From assembly GCA_023415915.1 (NCBI GenBank), contig JAEZIZ010000083.1, positions 124,336-188,335 of the forward strand: a stretch of DNA of 64,000 nucleotides, given 5' to 3'. The first letter of the stretch is position 1; each line of letters begins with the position of its first letter. The stretch is from Bacillota bacterium (GTDB lineage Bacteria; Bacillota; Clostridia; Christensenellales; SZUA-584). The notes beneath the pieces are model-generated. The model worked only from the letters and a program-made list of their open reading frames with translations, was not told the origin of the DNA and did no database searches. Position numbers and translations under genes: made by a program. Positions 39,051-48,920 of this stretch are shown here, one piece after another.

Positions 39051-40312
39051 ACCTGACCCGCCTTTATAAAATCGTTAAGTTCCCCGAAAGGAACCAAAGT
39101 TTCCCTGCTGTTTGCCATATCGCGAACTACGGCGGCTTGCTTTTCCATCTCCTCGTCTCCGATTATGATTACCCACGCCGCTCCTATCTTATTCGCATAC
39201 TTAAGCTGCGCTTTTACGCTTCTGCCCATATGGTCGCACTCCGCGCTTATGCCCGCTGCGCGCAGCTCCGACAATATCGAAAAGCCCTTTACGCTTGCCT
39301 TATCGCCCACCGTGCATACGTACGCATTGCAGCCCGGATTCTTTGGCAATTCTATGCCCAGAGAATCAAGCGTAAGCAGCAGCCGCTCAATGCCAAGCCC
39401 AAAGCCTATACCCGGAGTGGGCGGTCCGCCTATCTCCTCTACAAGCCCGTCGTACCTACCGCCTCCGCACACCGCGCTCTTTGCGCCTATATCCTGCGCT
39501 AATATCTCGAACACCGTCTTGGTATAGTAATCAAGCCCGCGCACGATATAAGGATTTATGGAATACTCTATGCCCGCAGCTTCCAGCCGCGATTTTAAGC
39601 CGTCAAAATGCCCGGCGCAATCGCCGCACAGATAATCGAGCATTACAGGAGCCTCTTTAACTATACGGGCGCAGCCCTCCTCTTTGCAGTCGAGAACGCG
39701 CAGCGGATTTGTGGACATCCTCGCGCGGCAGTTGGCGCACAGCCTGTTCTCGTTGATTTTAAGATAAGCTCTTAAGTCTTCGTTGTATTTCGGGCGGCAT
39801 TCCCTGCATCCTATGCTGTTTATATTGAGCTCGAGTCCCGTGATGCCCAAAGACTTGAAAAGCGACAGCGCTACGGAAATTACCTCCGCGTCTATCGACG
39901 GGCCGGGCGAGCCGAACGCTTCTATGCCGAATTGGTGATGCTCTCTAAAGCGTCCCGCCTGCGGCCGCTCGTACCTGAACACCGGCGCTGAAAGATAGTA
40001 TACTTTCACCGGCTGCGCTTCGGCGTAAAGGTTATTTTCTATAAAGCTTCTTACGACGCCGGCAGTGCCCTCTGGGCGCAGCGTTATGCTGCGGTTTCCC
40101 TTATCGAGGAACGTGTACATCTCCTTCTGCACTATATCAGTCGTTCCGCCCACGCCGCGCTGGAACAGCTCGGTATGCTCGAATACTGGCGTCCTTATCT
40201 CGCTGTAGCCGAACCTTTGGCAAATGTCCCTTATAACGCTCTCTATATACTGCCATTTACCGCTTTCGCCCGGCAGAACGTCTTTTGTTCCTTTAGGCGC
40301 TTTTGTAAGCAT
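39047..40312 (-). CDS. hisS: histidine--tRNA ligase
   Basis: GTKDVLP, YERPQAGRFREHHQFG and GGGRYDGL motifs, 421 aa. Confidence 0.97.
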   Translation of the reverse strand: MLTKAPKGTKDVLPGESGKWQYIESVIRDICQRFGYSEIRTPVFEHTELFQRGVGGTTDIVQKEMYTFLDKGNRSITLRPEGTAGVVRSFIENNLYAEAQPVKVYYLSAPVFRYERPQAGRFREHHQFGIEAFGSPGPSIDAEVISVALSLFKSLGITGLELNINSIGCRECRPKYNEDLRAYLKINENRLCANCRARMSTNPLRVLDCKEEGCARIVKEAPVMLDYLCGDCAGHFDGLKSRLEAAGIEYSINPYIVRGLDYYTKTVFEILAQDIGAKSAVCGGGRYDGLVEEIGGPPTPGIGFGLGIERLLLTLDSLGIELPKNPGCNAYVCTVGDKASVKGFSILSELRAAGISAECDHMGRSVKAQLKYANKIGAAWVIIIGDEEMEKQAAVVRDMANSRETLVPFGELNDFIKAGQV

Positions 40313-40332
40313 GTTTCACCTCATATTGTTAT

Positions 40333-40537
40333 ATAATAAAAGTCCCCGTCACATGACAGGGACGAGCATTAACCCGCGGTACCACCCGTTTTCCCGGGAG
40401 CCTCCCCGGACACTTTAAGGCTTATCTACGTGTAAAGAGGCTGTTACCATCGCCAAAGCCGTATCTTTCCGGTTTCAGTCGCGCCGGGAAAGTCCCTGAA
40501 ATACGGTCGTTTTTGGACCGGCTTCCTCTTCTTTGTG
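40333..40537 (-). promoter_or_regulatory. T-box leader (riboswitch) of the hisS-aspS operon
   Basis: The minus strand carries the T-box sequence AACGGGTGGTACCGCGG (GGGTGGTACCGCGG = reverse complement of 40374-40387). It overlaps a terminator GUCCCUGUCAUGUGACGGGGAC + UUUU (40363-40337). Candidate specifier is CAC (His, reverse complement of 40430-40432) at the 3' side of Stem I. Confidence 0.85.
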
Positions 40538-40540
40538 CAC

Positions 40541-40569
40541 ATTATACCCTTGCAGTTTATTTTTGTCTA
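40541..40569 (-). promoter_or_regulatory. promoter of the T-box/hisS transcript
   Basis: TAGACA (reverse complement of 40564-40569), a 17-bp spacer, then TATAAT (reverse complement of 40541-40546). It starts 3 nt after the ackA stop. Confidence 0.55.
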
Positions 40570-40571
40570 TA

Positions 40572-41768
40572 CTATTTGCAAAGCGCGTATGTCTCTTTTG
40601 CTATAGCAAGCTCTTCGTTTGTGGGTATGCACCATATCTCTACTTTTGAGTCGTCTTTGGAAATTTTGGTCTCTTTGCCCCTTGCGGAAGCGTTTTTGTC
40701 ACTGTCAAGATACGCGCCAAGGTACTCGAGCCCGTCTACGCACATAGCGCGCGTCCTCGAGTCGTTTTCACCGATACCCGCCGTAAACACAATGGCGTCT
40801 GTGCCGCCCATTGCCGCGGTATAAGCCCCGATATACTTTTTGACGGTGTAGCAGAACACTTCGAGCGCAAATTTAGCGCGTTCATTACCCTCGTCCGCGG
40901 CCTTCCAAAGGTCTCTGAAATCGCTCGATACGCCCGACAGGCCAAGTACTCCGCTCTTTTTGTTCATGTACGTGTCCATCTCCTTAGGAGACATGCCCGT
41001 CTCTTGCATCAGGCAGGGAACTATGGCCGGGTCGATATCGCCGCAGCGCGTACCCATCACTACGCCTGCAAGAGGCGTCAGCCCCATAGAAGTGTCTATG
41101 CATTTTCCGCCTTTTACTGCCGTTATGCTCGAGCCGTTGCCGAGATGGCATACTATTATATTGACGTCTTTGGGTTCTATGCCTTTTATCTCGGCATATC
41201 TGCCCGCTATGTATTTATGCGACGTGCCGTGGAAGCCGTACCTGCGTATGCCGTATTTGGTATACGCTTCATAAGGCAGTCCGTAAAGATACGCACGCTT
41301 GGGCATCGACTGATGGAACGCCGTGTCGAACACAGCCACCATCTTTGTGTTGGGCATTATTTCCATGCACGCCTCTATGCCCATTATGTTTGCCGGGTTA
41401 TGCAGCGGCCCGAACTTTATGCATTCCCTAATCGCGTCCAATACGGTTTCGTTGATAATTACGCTGTCGGTAAACTTTTCCGCAGCGTGCAGCACTCTGT
41501 GGCCAACAGCGCCTATCTCGTCCATGCTCGATATAACACCGTGTTCTTTGTCAACTAGCGCCTCGAGAACGAGCTCCATTGCAACTTTATGGTTGGACAT
41601 GGGCTGTTTTACTTCAAACGGGTCTTTGCCCGTAGGCTTGTGCGTAAGCACTGAGCCTTCAATGCCTATGCGCTCCACGAGCCCTTTTGCTATTACCTCA
41701 TATGTTTTAATGTTGATAAGCTGATATTTAAGCGACGAGCTTCCCGCATTTATGACCAATATATTCAT
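40572..41768 (-). CDS. ackA: acetate kinase
   Basis: MNILVINAGSSSLKYQL N-terminus, HRVLH and GFHGTSH motifs. Confidence 0.97.
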   Translation of the reverse strand: MNILVINAGSSSLKYQLINIKTYEVIAKGLVERIGIEGSVLTHKPTGKDPFEVKQPMSNHKVAMELVLEALVDKEHGVISSMDEIGAVGHRVLHAAEKFTDSVIINETVLDAIRECIKFGPLHNPANIMGIEACMEIMPNTKMVAVFDTAFHQSMPKRAYLYGLPYEAYTKYGIRRYGFHGTSHKYIAGRYAEIKGIEPKDVNIIVCHLGNGSSITAVKGGKCIDTSMGLTPLAGVVMGTRCGDIDPAIVPCLMQETGMSPKEMDTYMNKKSGVLGLSGVSSDFRDLWKAADEGNERAKFALEVFCYTVKKYIGAYTAAMGGTDAIVFTAGIGENDSRTRAMCVDGLEYLGAYLDSDKNASARGKETKISKDDSKVEIWCIPTNEELAIAKETYALCK

Positions 41769-41778
41769 TATATTCCTC

Positions 41779-42768
41779 CTATTGCTGCGCCTGTACGGCT
41801 GTAATAGCTACTACGGATACTATGTCTTCCACGCTGCATCCCCTTGAAAGGTCGTTGACGGGGGCTGCAAAGCCCTGGCAAATAGGACCGATAGCTTCCG
41901 CGCCCGACAGCCTCTGCACCAGCTTGTACCCTATGTTTCCGGCCTGAAGATCGGGGAAAATAAGCACGTTGGCTTTTCCGGCCACCGGGCTGCCCGGGGA
42001 TTTGAGTTGTCCTACTTTTTCCACCAACGCCGCGTCGGCTTGCAGTTCGCCGTCCACCAAAAGGTCCGGTGCGAGCTTTTTAACTATCTCGGTCGCCTTT
42101 ACCACTTTATCCACAAGCTCGTGCTTGGCGCTTCCTTTTGTGGAGAACGAAAGCATAGCCACTTTAGGCGTCATGCCCGCAAGCTGCCTGCCCGTCTGCG
42201 CCGTGGAAATGGCAATAGCCGCGAGTTCATTTTCATCCGGGTTGGGATTTACCGCGCAGTCGCCAAACATCAGTATGCCGTTGTGACCGTAATCGTTTGT
42301 TTTGAGTTCCATTATGAAACAGCTTGATACAATCGAGATGCCGGGAAGTGTTTTTATTATCTGAAGCGCCGGCCTCAGCGTGTTGGCCGTAGAGTTTATC
42401 GCTCCTGCCACCATTCCGTCCGCCTCGCCCTTTTTGATCATCATACAAGCGTAAAACAGCGGGTCTTCCATCGTCGTTTTTGCCTGTTCCATCGAGATGC
42501 CTTTGTGCTTTCTCATCTCATAAAATTCGGCAGCGTAGTCGTCCAGCTTTCCCGTTTTGTGCAGGTCGACTATATCTACTGCCGAGTAATCCAGCCCTGC
42601 GGCTTTCGCTCTTATCTCTTGTTCGTTACCTAAGAGTATTACTTTAGCAATACCCTCTTTGGAGATAATCTCTGCTGCTTTGATTGTTCTTTCTTCCGTT
42701 CCCTCCGGCAGCACCACTCTTTTGACGGAGGAGCGTGCTTTACGCTTGATTTCGTCCATCAGTCCCAT
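41779..42768 (-). CDS. pta: phosphate acetyltransferase
   Basis: 329 aa PTA_PTB family (VLPEGTEERT..., DLSRGCS) directly upstream of ackA. Confidence 0.95.
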   Translation of the reverse strand: MGLMDEIKRKARSSVKRVVLPEGTEERTIKAAEIISKEGIAKVILLGNEQEIRAKAAGLDYSAVDIVDLHKTGKLDDYAAEFYEMRKHKGISMEQAKTTMEDPLFYACMMIKKGEADGMVAGAINSTANTLRPALQIIKTLPGISIVSSCFIMELKTNDYGHNGILMFGDCAVNPNPDENELAAIAISTAQTGRQLAGMTPKVAMLSFSTKGSAKHELVDKVVKATEIVKKLAPDLLVDGELQADAALVEKVGQLKSPGSPVAGKANVLIFPDLQAGNIGYKLVQRLSGAEAIGPICQGFAAPVNDLSRGCSVEDIVSVVAITAVQAQQ

Positions 42769-42885
42769 TTTAATTGCCCTACTCCCTTCAATACAAAAAC
42801 AAATATCTAAACAATACGTTTAAGTGATATAATTAAACAGCCATAATATTATATTAAATAATTTCGCTTTTGAAAAGGAGAAAAT

Positions 42886-44076
42886 ATGGTTATCTGCGGT
42901 ATTGTGAGCGAATATAACCCTTTTCATAAAGGCCACGAAAAACATATCGCTTTAACTCGCGAAAAAACCGGTGCGGATATGGTAATTTGCGCCATGAGCG
43001 GCAATTTCGTTCAGCGCGGAGAACCCGCAGTGTTCGATAAATGGACGCGCGCGGCATGCGCGTTATTGGGCGGGGCTGACGCCGTAATTGAACTTCCGCT
43101 GCTTAGCGCGATACAGAGCGCCGAAGGCTTCGCTTCGGGCGGAGTGTGCGTGCTGGCTGCGGCGGGCGCCGATTCTATAAGCTTTGGCTGCGAAACGGAC
43201 GATATAGCATTACTCGAGAGGATAGCGCAAACGCTGTCAGCCGAAACCGACGATTATAAAGAAGAACTTAAGCGGCTGCTTAAAGAAGGCTTAAGCTTCC
43301 CTAAAGCGAGGATGATGGCTGCTTTCCAAGGCGAGAGCGAAGAACTTTTGCTGCCTAACGCGATACTCGGCATAGAATACATAAAGGCTATATTAAGGAA
43401 CAAGCTTAAAATGAAACCATACGCGATAAAGCGTATAGGCGAGGATTATCATTCCACCGATATAGCGGCGCCGTATGCAAGCGCAACGGCCATACGCCGC
43501 GCTATTGAAGGCGTCGACTTTAATGCCGCATACAATGCGATGCCTGAGGCTTGCACCGATTATGTAAGGCAATCCATAGACGCAGGACTATTGCCCGTAA
43601 TGCCACAATGCTTTGACAAGGAGCTTCTGTATGCCTTAAGGCGGGGCGGACGCGAATACATAGCGTCGCTGCCCGACGTAAGCGAAGGCTTGGAAAACAG
43701 GATATACGACGCCGTAGATTCGTGCGGTTCGCGCGCGGAGCTGATAGCAAAAGTAAAGACAAAGCGGTATACTTATACGCGCATATCCCGCATACTGTTG
43801 TGCGCGCTGCTCGGTATAACTAAAAAGATGATAGAAGATCACAACAGCCGGGATGTCGGGTATATACGCATACTCGGCGTAAGGAACAGGGACGTGCTTT
43901 CTCGTCTCTCGCGTTCCAGTTCAGTGCCGCTTATTACGGGCTCGGTCTCGGGCTCGCAGTATAATGCCGCCGATTTAAGAGCTTCCGATATATACTCTTT
44001 GAGCCAAAAAGCCGCGCCTTTCCGCTGCGTCGCCCGCGACTTGACGGAGAAGCTAATAATACTCGAAGACGCTTAA
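42886..44076 (+). CDS. tmcAL: tRNA(Met) cytidine acetate ligase (YlbM/UPF0348 nucleotidyltransferase)
   Basis: GIVSEYNPFHKGH HxGH-type motif, 396 aa. Neighbourhood includes ylbJ, coaD and rsmD, as in the Bacillus ylb cluster. Confidence 0.85.
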   Translation: MVICGIVSEYNPFHKGHEKHIALTREKTGADMVICAMSGNFVQRGEPAVFDKWTRAACALLGGADAVIELPLLSAIQSAEGFASGGVCVLAAAGADSISFGCETDDIALLERIAQTLSAETDDYKEELKRLLKEGLSFPKARMMAAFQGESEELLLPNAILGIEYIKAILRNKLKMKPYAIKRIGEDYHSTDIAAPYASATAIRRAIEGVDFNAAYNAMPEACTDYVRQSIDAGLLPVMPQCFDKELLYALRRGGREYIASLPDVSEGLENRIYDAVDSCGSRAELIAKVKTKRYTYTRISRILLCALLGITKKMIEDHNSRDVGYIRILGVRNRDVLSRLSRSSSVPLITGSVSGSQYNAADLRASDIYSLSQKAAPFRCVARDLTEKLIILEDA

Positions 44077-44161
44077 AAGCGACGTTTTTAGGCCGCCTGA
44101 ATTTTCAATGCTTAATCATACGCCTCACTATGTGTTCATATAATTACAAGTGAGGCTTAAA

Positions 44162-45322
44162 ATGAGAAAGATACTGCTTGCCGCCGGAGTTGTCGCCATC
44201 GCGGTCTTCCTGCTGCTGTACCCCGATCGCTGCCTGGAAAGCGCAAAAAAAGGCCTTGACCTTTGGTTTGCCGTCGTGCTTCCTTCTCTGCTGCCTTTTA
44301 TGGCGGCTTCATCGATACTGCTTGAAACAGGTGTCGTACGCCTTATTTCATACGCACTTTCCCCTCTCACGCGCCTGCTGTTTTCCGCTCCCGGCGAGAG
44401 CGCTTACGTATTCCTTGCGGCGGCGCTGTCCGGCTATCCCGTAGGCGCGAGAATAACGGGCGAGCTTTACGCTAAAGGGCAGCTGTCCGAGCCCGACGCT
44501 CAGGCGATAGTACGCTTCACGAGCGTAACCGGCCCTGTGTTTATAGGCGGGGCTGTCGCCACCGGCATGCTCGGCTCGCCCGAAGCCGGCCCATACCTCA
44601 TATCTTCCCATTACCTGTCAGCCGTACTCACCGGCGTATTGTTCGGCATTTTCTTAAGAAACAAAAGCGCTCCGGCAAAAAAAGAGACGTTTAAGGAAGC
44701 GTGCGCTCTTTTTAAGCGGGACATTTCGCTGTGCCGCCCGCTTGGCGAGCTGCTTTCCGAAAGCATAGAAAAAGCGCTTACAACGCTGGTAAAGATAGGC
44801 GGGTTCATAATAGTATTTTCGGTCATAATGGAGATTCTTTCGATAAGCGGGCTGGTAAGCGCCATGGCTTGGGTTTATTCTCCGCTCTCGCGGCTTACAG
44901 GCCTTACCGAGCAAAGCACTAAGGCGATGCTTTTAGGAGGCATAGAGATGACAAACGGCTGCAGCATAGCCAGCGCCCTTGACTTAAGCCTCCCTTTAAA
45001 GCTTCCGATAATATCTTCTATTATCACATTCGGTGGTATGTGCATACACATGCAGACGGTATCCGTCTGCGCGCCTTACGGCCTTGTTCCCAAGCAGTTT
45101 GCGCTCGCTAAAGGCATTCAGGCTTCTATTTCTTACGCATTATGCGCGCTTTTCCTCTCGCTGTTTCCTTTTGCGGACGCGCAGCCGGAAGCCGCGGATA
45201 TAAAAACAGCCGCATTTTTCGGCATAGGCTATGCGGCGTTTTCTATTATTACATTGCTTATAATCAAATATATACAAAAAACGGGGAAATCAGCCTGGCT
45301 TTCGTTTGGAAGAAAGCTCTAG
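44162..45322 (+). CDS. ylbJ: sporulation integral membrane protein YlbJ (nucleoside-recognition/Gate domain)
   Basis: Polytopic membrane protein. The track GTG start at 44150 lies within the GTGAGG RBS, so ATG 44162 (MRKILLAAG...) is preferred. Confidence 0.78.
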   Translation: MRKILLAAGVVAIAVFLLLYPDRCLESAKKGLDLWFAVVLPSLLPFMAASSILLETGVVRLISYALSPLTRLLFSAPGESAYVFLAAALSGYPVGARITGELYAKGQLSEPDAQAIVRFTSVTGPVFIGGAVATGMLGSPEAGPYLISSHYLSAVLTGVLFGIFLRNKSAPAKKETFKEACALFKRDISLCRPLGELLSESIEKALTTLVKIGGFIIVFSVIMEILSISGLVSAMAWVYSPLSRLTGLTEQSTKAMLLGGIEMTNGCSIASALDLSLPLKLPIISSIITFGGMCIHMQTVSVCAPYGLVPKQFALAKGIQASISYALCALFLSLFPFADAQPEAADIKTAAFFGIGYAAFSIITLLIIKYIQKTGKSAWLSFGRKL

Positions 45323-45745
45323 CCTGTTCTTTCTTATCAGCTTAAGGTAATCCGAAAAATATGTTTCCAGTTCGCCGAGAATATCGTCGGCGTATTCTTT
45401 CGCGCCCACGGTTATTTCCCTCGCGTTTGCTTCCGCAAGGTTTAGCAGCTCTTTTGATTTCAGCTCAGCTTCCTGCATTACGCTGCTTTCGGATACGCGC
45501 GTTTGCAGTTCGTCTTCGGCGCTGTTTATTATAGACGCGGCTTCTTCGTTTGCTTTGTTAATTATTTCGTCGCGCTCGGCAAGCAGATTTTGGGCTTCTA
45601 TTATTTCTTCGGGTATTGAGTTTTTCAGATCGCCCAATATTTCAAGCAGTATATCGAGGTCGACGGTCCTTTTGTTGGAGAAAACGGCTTTGGGGCTGTT
45701 TTCCAATTCTTCTCTGAGTTCGTCCAGCAGTTCGTATATTCTCAT
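45290..45745 (-). CDS. hypothetical coiled-coil protein (ATP synthase b/G-like heptad pattern)
   Basis: 151 aa, E/K/L-rich. Directly downstream of coaD: its start at 45745 abuts the coaD stop at 45747. I see no recognisable catalytic motif. Confidence 0.6.
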   Translation of the reverse strand: MRIYELLDELREELENSPKAVFSNKRTVDLDILLEILGDLKNSIPEEIIEAQNLLAERDEIINKANEEAASIINSAEDELQTRVSESSVMQEAELKSKELLNLAEANAREITVGAKEYADDILGELETYFSDYLKLIRKNRLELSSKRKPG

Positions 45746-45746
45746 A

Positions 45747-46229
45747 TTACCTACCCGCCAAATAATTTTTAACGTCGTCTTTTATAGGCTCGGGCACGAG
45801 TCCCGTTATGTCGCCGCCGTGAGACGCAAGCTCGCGGACAAGGCTCGAACTTAAAAATGAATTCTTTAAATCTGTCATTAAAAATACTGTTTCAATGTTC
45901 TTTGATAATTTGGCGTTGAGCGCAGCGATTTGAAACTCATATTCGAAGTCCGATATTGCCCGAAGACCACGTATTATAAGATTCGCATCCTGTTTTTTCA
46001 TATAATCAACCAGCAGCCCGGAAAAATTATCTACGTTTACGCCCTTAAGGTGGGAAGTACTTCGCCGTATGAATTCCATACGCTGCTCCACGGAAAACGC
46101 TGGCGTTTTACCGGTGTTTATAAGCACCGCAACGGTAACGCTGCCAAACAGCGTACACGCGCGCTCTATGATATCAAGATGGCCGGTGGTAACAGGATCA
46201 AAGCTGCCCGGGTAAACACATTTTATCAT
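45747..46229 (-). CDS. coaD: phosphopantetheine adenylyltransferase
   Basis: MIKCVYPGSFDPVTTGHLDII (T/HxGH motif). Start 46229 abuts the rsmD stop. Confidence 0.95.
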   Translation of the reverse strand: MIKCVYPGSFDPVTTGHLDIIERACTLFGSVTVAVLINTGKTPAFSVEQRMEFIRRSTSHLKGVNVDNFSGLLVDYMKKQDANLIIRGLRAISDFEYEFQIAALNAKLSKNIETVFLMTDLKNSFLSSSLVRELASHGGDITGLVPEPIKDDVKNYLAGR

Positions 46230-46230
46230 A

Positions 46231-46767
46231 TCATACTCCGTATTCCAAAAACCACAGCGATATGTCACCGTAAATCTTTTTTCTGGTTAAATTATACTTC
46301 GGCGGAAGAATAAAATCAAATGCCGCGCGGCACTCCATTACCACTCTGCTTCCGTCTTTCAAAATACCGACCTTATCTGCGCTAATAAGGAACGATTCGT
46401 AAATATCCGCGTCATACGGAGGGTCAAGCAGCACTAAATCATACTTATTAAGCCTCGGCATCAGCTTTATTACGTCACCCTTGAATACTGTGTAGCTTTC
46501 TTTGGGCACCGGCTCAAGGTTTTGCCTCAGCGTCTTTATATGTTCGGCCGACAATTCCACGAAGTCCGCGTGCGCCGCACCGCGCGATATCGCTTCTATG
46601 CCGAGAGCCCCGCTGCCTGCGAACGCGTCGAGCACAAACGTGTCCGGCAAATAGAACTGCAGCGCCCCGAACATCGCTTCCTTAACCTTGTCGGTTGTCG
46701 GCCGTATGGCGTCTCCTTTGGGGCACACAAGCCGCCTTCCCTTTAAGCTGCCCGCGATTACGCGCAT
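46231..46767 (-). CDS. rsmD: 16S rRNA (guanine966-N2)-methyltransferase
   Basis: MRVIAGSLKGRRL...LDAFAGSGALGIEA...LDPPY motifs. Confidence 0.93.
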   Translation of the reverse strand: MRVIAGSLKGRRLVCPKGDAIRPTTDKVKEAMFGALQFYLPDTFVLDAFAGSGALGIEAISRGAAHADFVELSAEHIKTLRQNLEPVPKESYTVFKGDVIKLMPRLNKYDLVLLDPPYDADIYESFLISADKVGILKDGSRVVMECRAAFDFILPPKYNLTRKKIYGDISLWFLEYGV

Positions 46768-47318
46768 CCCTTGCCCCCTATTATACGTTTTTCGGTAACC
46801 ACGACGTCCATAGGAACGTCGTGCGCTTCACAAGCGAAGCCCTCAACCACCTGATAGTCGTAGCATACGCCTGTTTTATAGGCGTTTGAAGAAGCAAGGA
46901 ACCTGTCGTAGTACCCGCCTCCGAAGCCTATACGGTAAAGCTTTGAATCAAACGCTATGCCTGGCACTACGACAACATCCGGCTTAAGCTCGTCGGCGTC
47001 GTTTATGAATACAGGCTCAGGTATGCCGTATTTGCTTTTATTCATAACCGAGCCGCTCTCGTACCTTACCGCTTTAAGCTCTGTGCCCGCTATATAAGGC
47101 AGCGCTACCGCCTTGCCCAGAGACATTAAGGTTTTTATAAACTCATTCAAGTCGGGCTCGTTTTTATATGCGCAATACGCCATTACGCACGCGGCGTTTT
47201 TAACACAATCAAGCGCGAGCAGCTTTTCGCATATAAGCGCGCTGCTTAAAGCCGCTTCGCCAGGGTCCATCGCATTACGCCGGGCGAGCATACTTTGCCT
47301 TAACTTTCCTTTTTCCAT
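46758..47318 (-). CDS. 5-formyltetrahydrofolate cyclo-ligase
   Basis: Start at 47318 after AAGGAG (MEKGKLRQSMLARR...). GFGGGYYDRFL motif. Confidence 0.88.
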   Translation of the reverse strand: MEKGKLRQSMLARRNAMDPGEAALSSALICEKLLALDCVKNAACVMAYCAYKNEPDLNEFIKTLMSLGKAVALPYIAGTELKAVRYESGSVMNKSKYGIPEPVFINDADELKPDVVVVPGIAFDSKLYRIGFGGGYYDRFLASSNAYKTGVCYDYQVVEGFACEAHDVPMDVVVTEKRIIGGKGCA

Positions 47319-47325
47319 AGTCTCC

Positions 47326-48459
47326 TTACGGGTTTTTGTTATCGGAACAATACAGCCTCGGCACCCTTGGCGATATAGCGCACAGCACTTCATAGTTTAT
47401 CGTGCCGCAGCGCTCGGCGAATTCATCCGCCGTTATCTCGTCGCCGCCCTGTCTGCCTATGCAAGCGACGTCCCCGTCGCGCTCCGCGCCCCCTATATCC
47501 GTTACGTCAATGAGCGTCTGGTCCATGCACACTCGGCCCACAATTTTAGCGCGCTTTCCGCATACGAGCACCTCGCCGTTGTTGGAAAGCAGCCTGTTGA
47601 AGCCGTCGGCGTACCCTATCGGAATAGTTGCAATTCTCATCTCTTTTGGAGCCGTGAACGTGCATCCGTAGCTTATTTTATCACCCGCCTGAACGTATTT
47701 TATATGCGATATCTTAGTGTGCAGCGACATCGCGGGTATAAGCTTAATGCTTCTGTTTACCTCATGGGATGGATAGCAGCCGTACATCGCTATGCCCACA
47801 CGCGCCATGTCGTATGAAAGCTCCGGGCAGTCGATTGCGGCCCCGCTGTTGGAAGCGTGCACAATAGGCGAAAACCCGCGCCGCTTAACGCCCGCGATAA
47901 ACTCGGTGAATCGCTCGTTCTGCATCCTTGTATAGCTTTTGTCCGCTTCGTCAGCGGCTGCAAAGTGCGTCATCACGCCTTCGAGCTCCAAAGACGACGA
48001 TTTTTGTATATCGTCTAATATGGCGTCCATTTCGTCGAACGATTTAACGCCTACCCGGTTCATGCCCGTGTCTACTTTAAGGTGCAGCTTCAGTTTTACG
48101 TCATGTTTTTTGGCAGCCTCCGCAGCGTAAGCTACGCATTCTCTTGACGTTACCGTCATGCTGATATCAAGCCCGGCCGCCATATCCCACTGCCACCTGT
48201 TTGACGGCCCGAGCACGAGTATCGGCGCTGTTACGCCTTCTTCGCGCAGCAATGCCGCCTCCTCGGGTATAGCCACCGCCAGCCAGTCCGCGCCCGCTTC
48301 AATGGCCGCTTTTGATACCATAACGCTGCCGTGCCCGTAAGCGTCCGCCTTTACTACGGCGCAGAACATAGCGCCTTCTCTTAAGTGTTGTTTTAAATTC
48401 CTTATGTTTTGTTTTACTGCGTCAAGGTCAATTACCGCATATGTTGAACGAATTAGCAT
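47326..48459 (-). CDS. alr: alanine racemase
   Basis: AVVKADAYGHG PLP-Lys motif, 377 aa. Confidence 0.96.
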   Translation of the reverse strand: MLIRSTYAVIDLDAVKQNIRNLKQHLREGAMFCAVVKADAYGHGSVMVSKAAIEAGADWLAVAIPEEAALLREEGVTAPILVLGPSNRWQWDMAAGLDISMTVTSRECVAYAAEAAKKHDVKLKLHLKVDTGMNRVGVKSFDEMDAILDDIQKSSSLELEGVMTHFAAADEADKSYTRMQNERFTEFIAGVKRRGFSPIVHASNSGAAIDCPELSYDMARVGIAMYGCYPSHEVNRSIKLIPAMSLHTKISHIKYVQAGDKISYGCTFTAPKEMRIATIPIGYADGFNRLLSNNGEVLVCGKRAKIVGRVCMDQTLIDVTDIGGAERDGDVACIGRQGGDEITADEFAERCGTINYEVLCAISPRVPRLYCSDNKNP

Positions 48460-48485
48460 TATTACCTTCTTTAGAGTATTGTTTT

Positions 48486-48908
48486 TTAGAATATGTCGCT
48501 TTCTTCGAGCAGCCTCACATTGCTTTTCTTAAGCGCCTCTATAGCGCCGTTAATGTCTTCCACGCGGAAGAGTATCAGCGCGTTCTGACTCGGCGTGCGC
48601 ACGAACGAATACAGGTATTCAACGCTTATGCCCGCATCGTCGAGCATCTTTAATACGCTTGCGAGCCCGCCCGGCTTATCCGGCACTTCGGCGACTATAA
48701 CTTCCGTCATGCTCGCCGTAAAGCCGTTCTGTTTGAGAACGGTTATGGCTTTATCCGGGTTATTGACAATGCAGCGCATTATCCCGAAATTTGTCGTGTC
48801 TGCTATAGACAGCGCTATAAGGTCTATGCCCTCATTGCCCAGCACGTCGGTTATTCTTGCCAGTCTGCCCTTCTTGTTTTCCACGAAGACGGATATCTGT
48901 TTTATCAT
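48486..48908 (-). CDS. ACT domain-containing protein (two ACT repeats)
   Basis: MIKQISVFVENKKGRLARITDVL. AAGGAGG lies 7 nt before ATG 48908. Downstream of paaK. Confidence 0.8.
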   Translation of the reverse strand: MIKQISVFVENKKGRLARITDVLGNEGIDLIALSIADTTNFGIMRCIVNNPDKAITVLKQNGFTASMTEVIVAEVPDKPGGLASVLKMLDDAGISVEYLYSFVRTPSQNALILFRVEDINGAIEALKKSNVRLLEESDIF

Positions 48909-48920
48909 AACCATTCCTCC

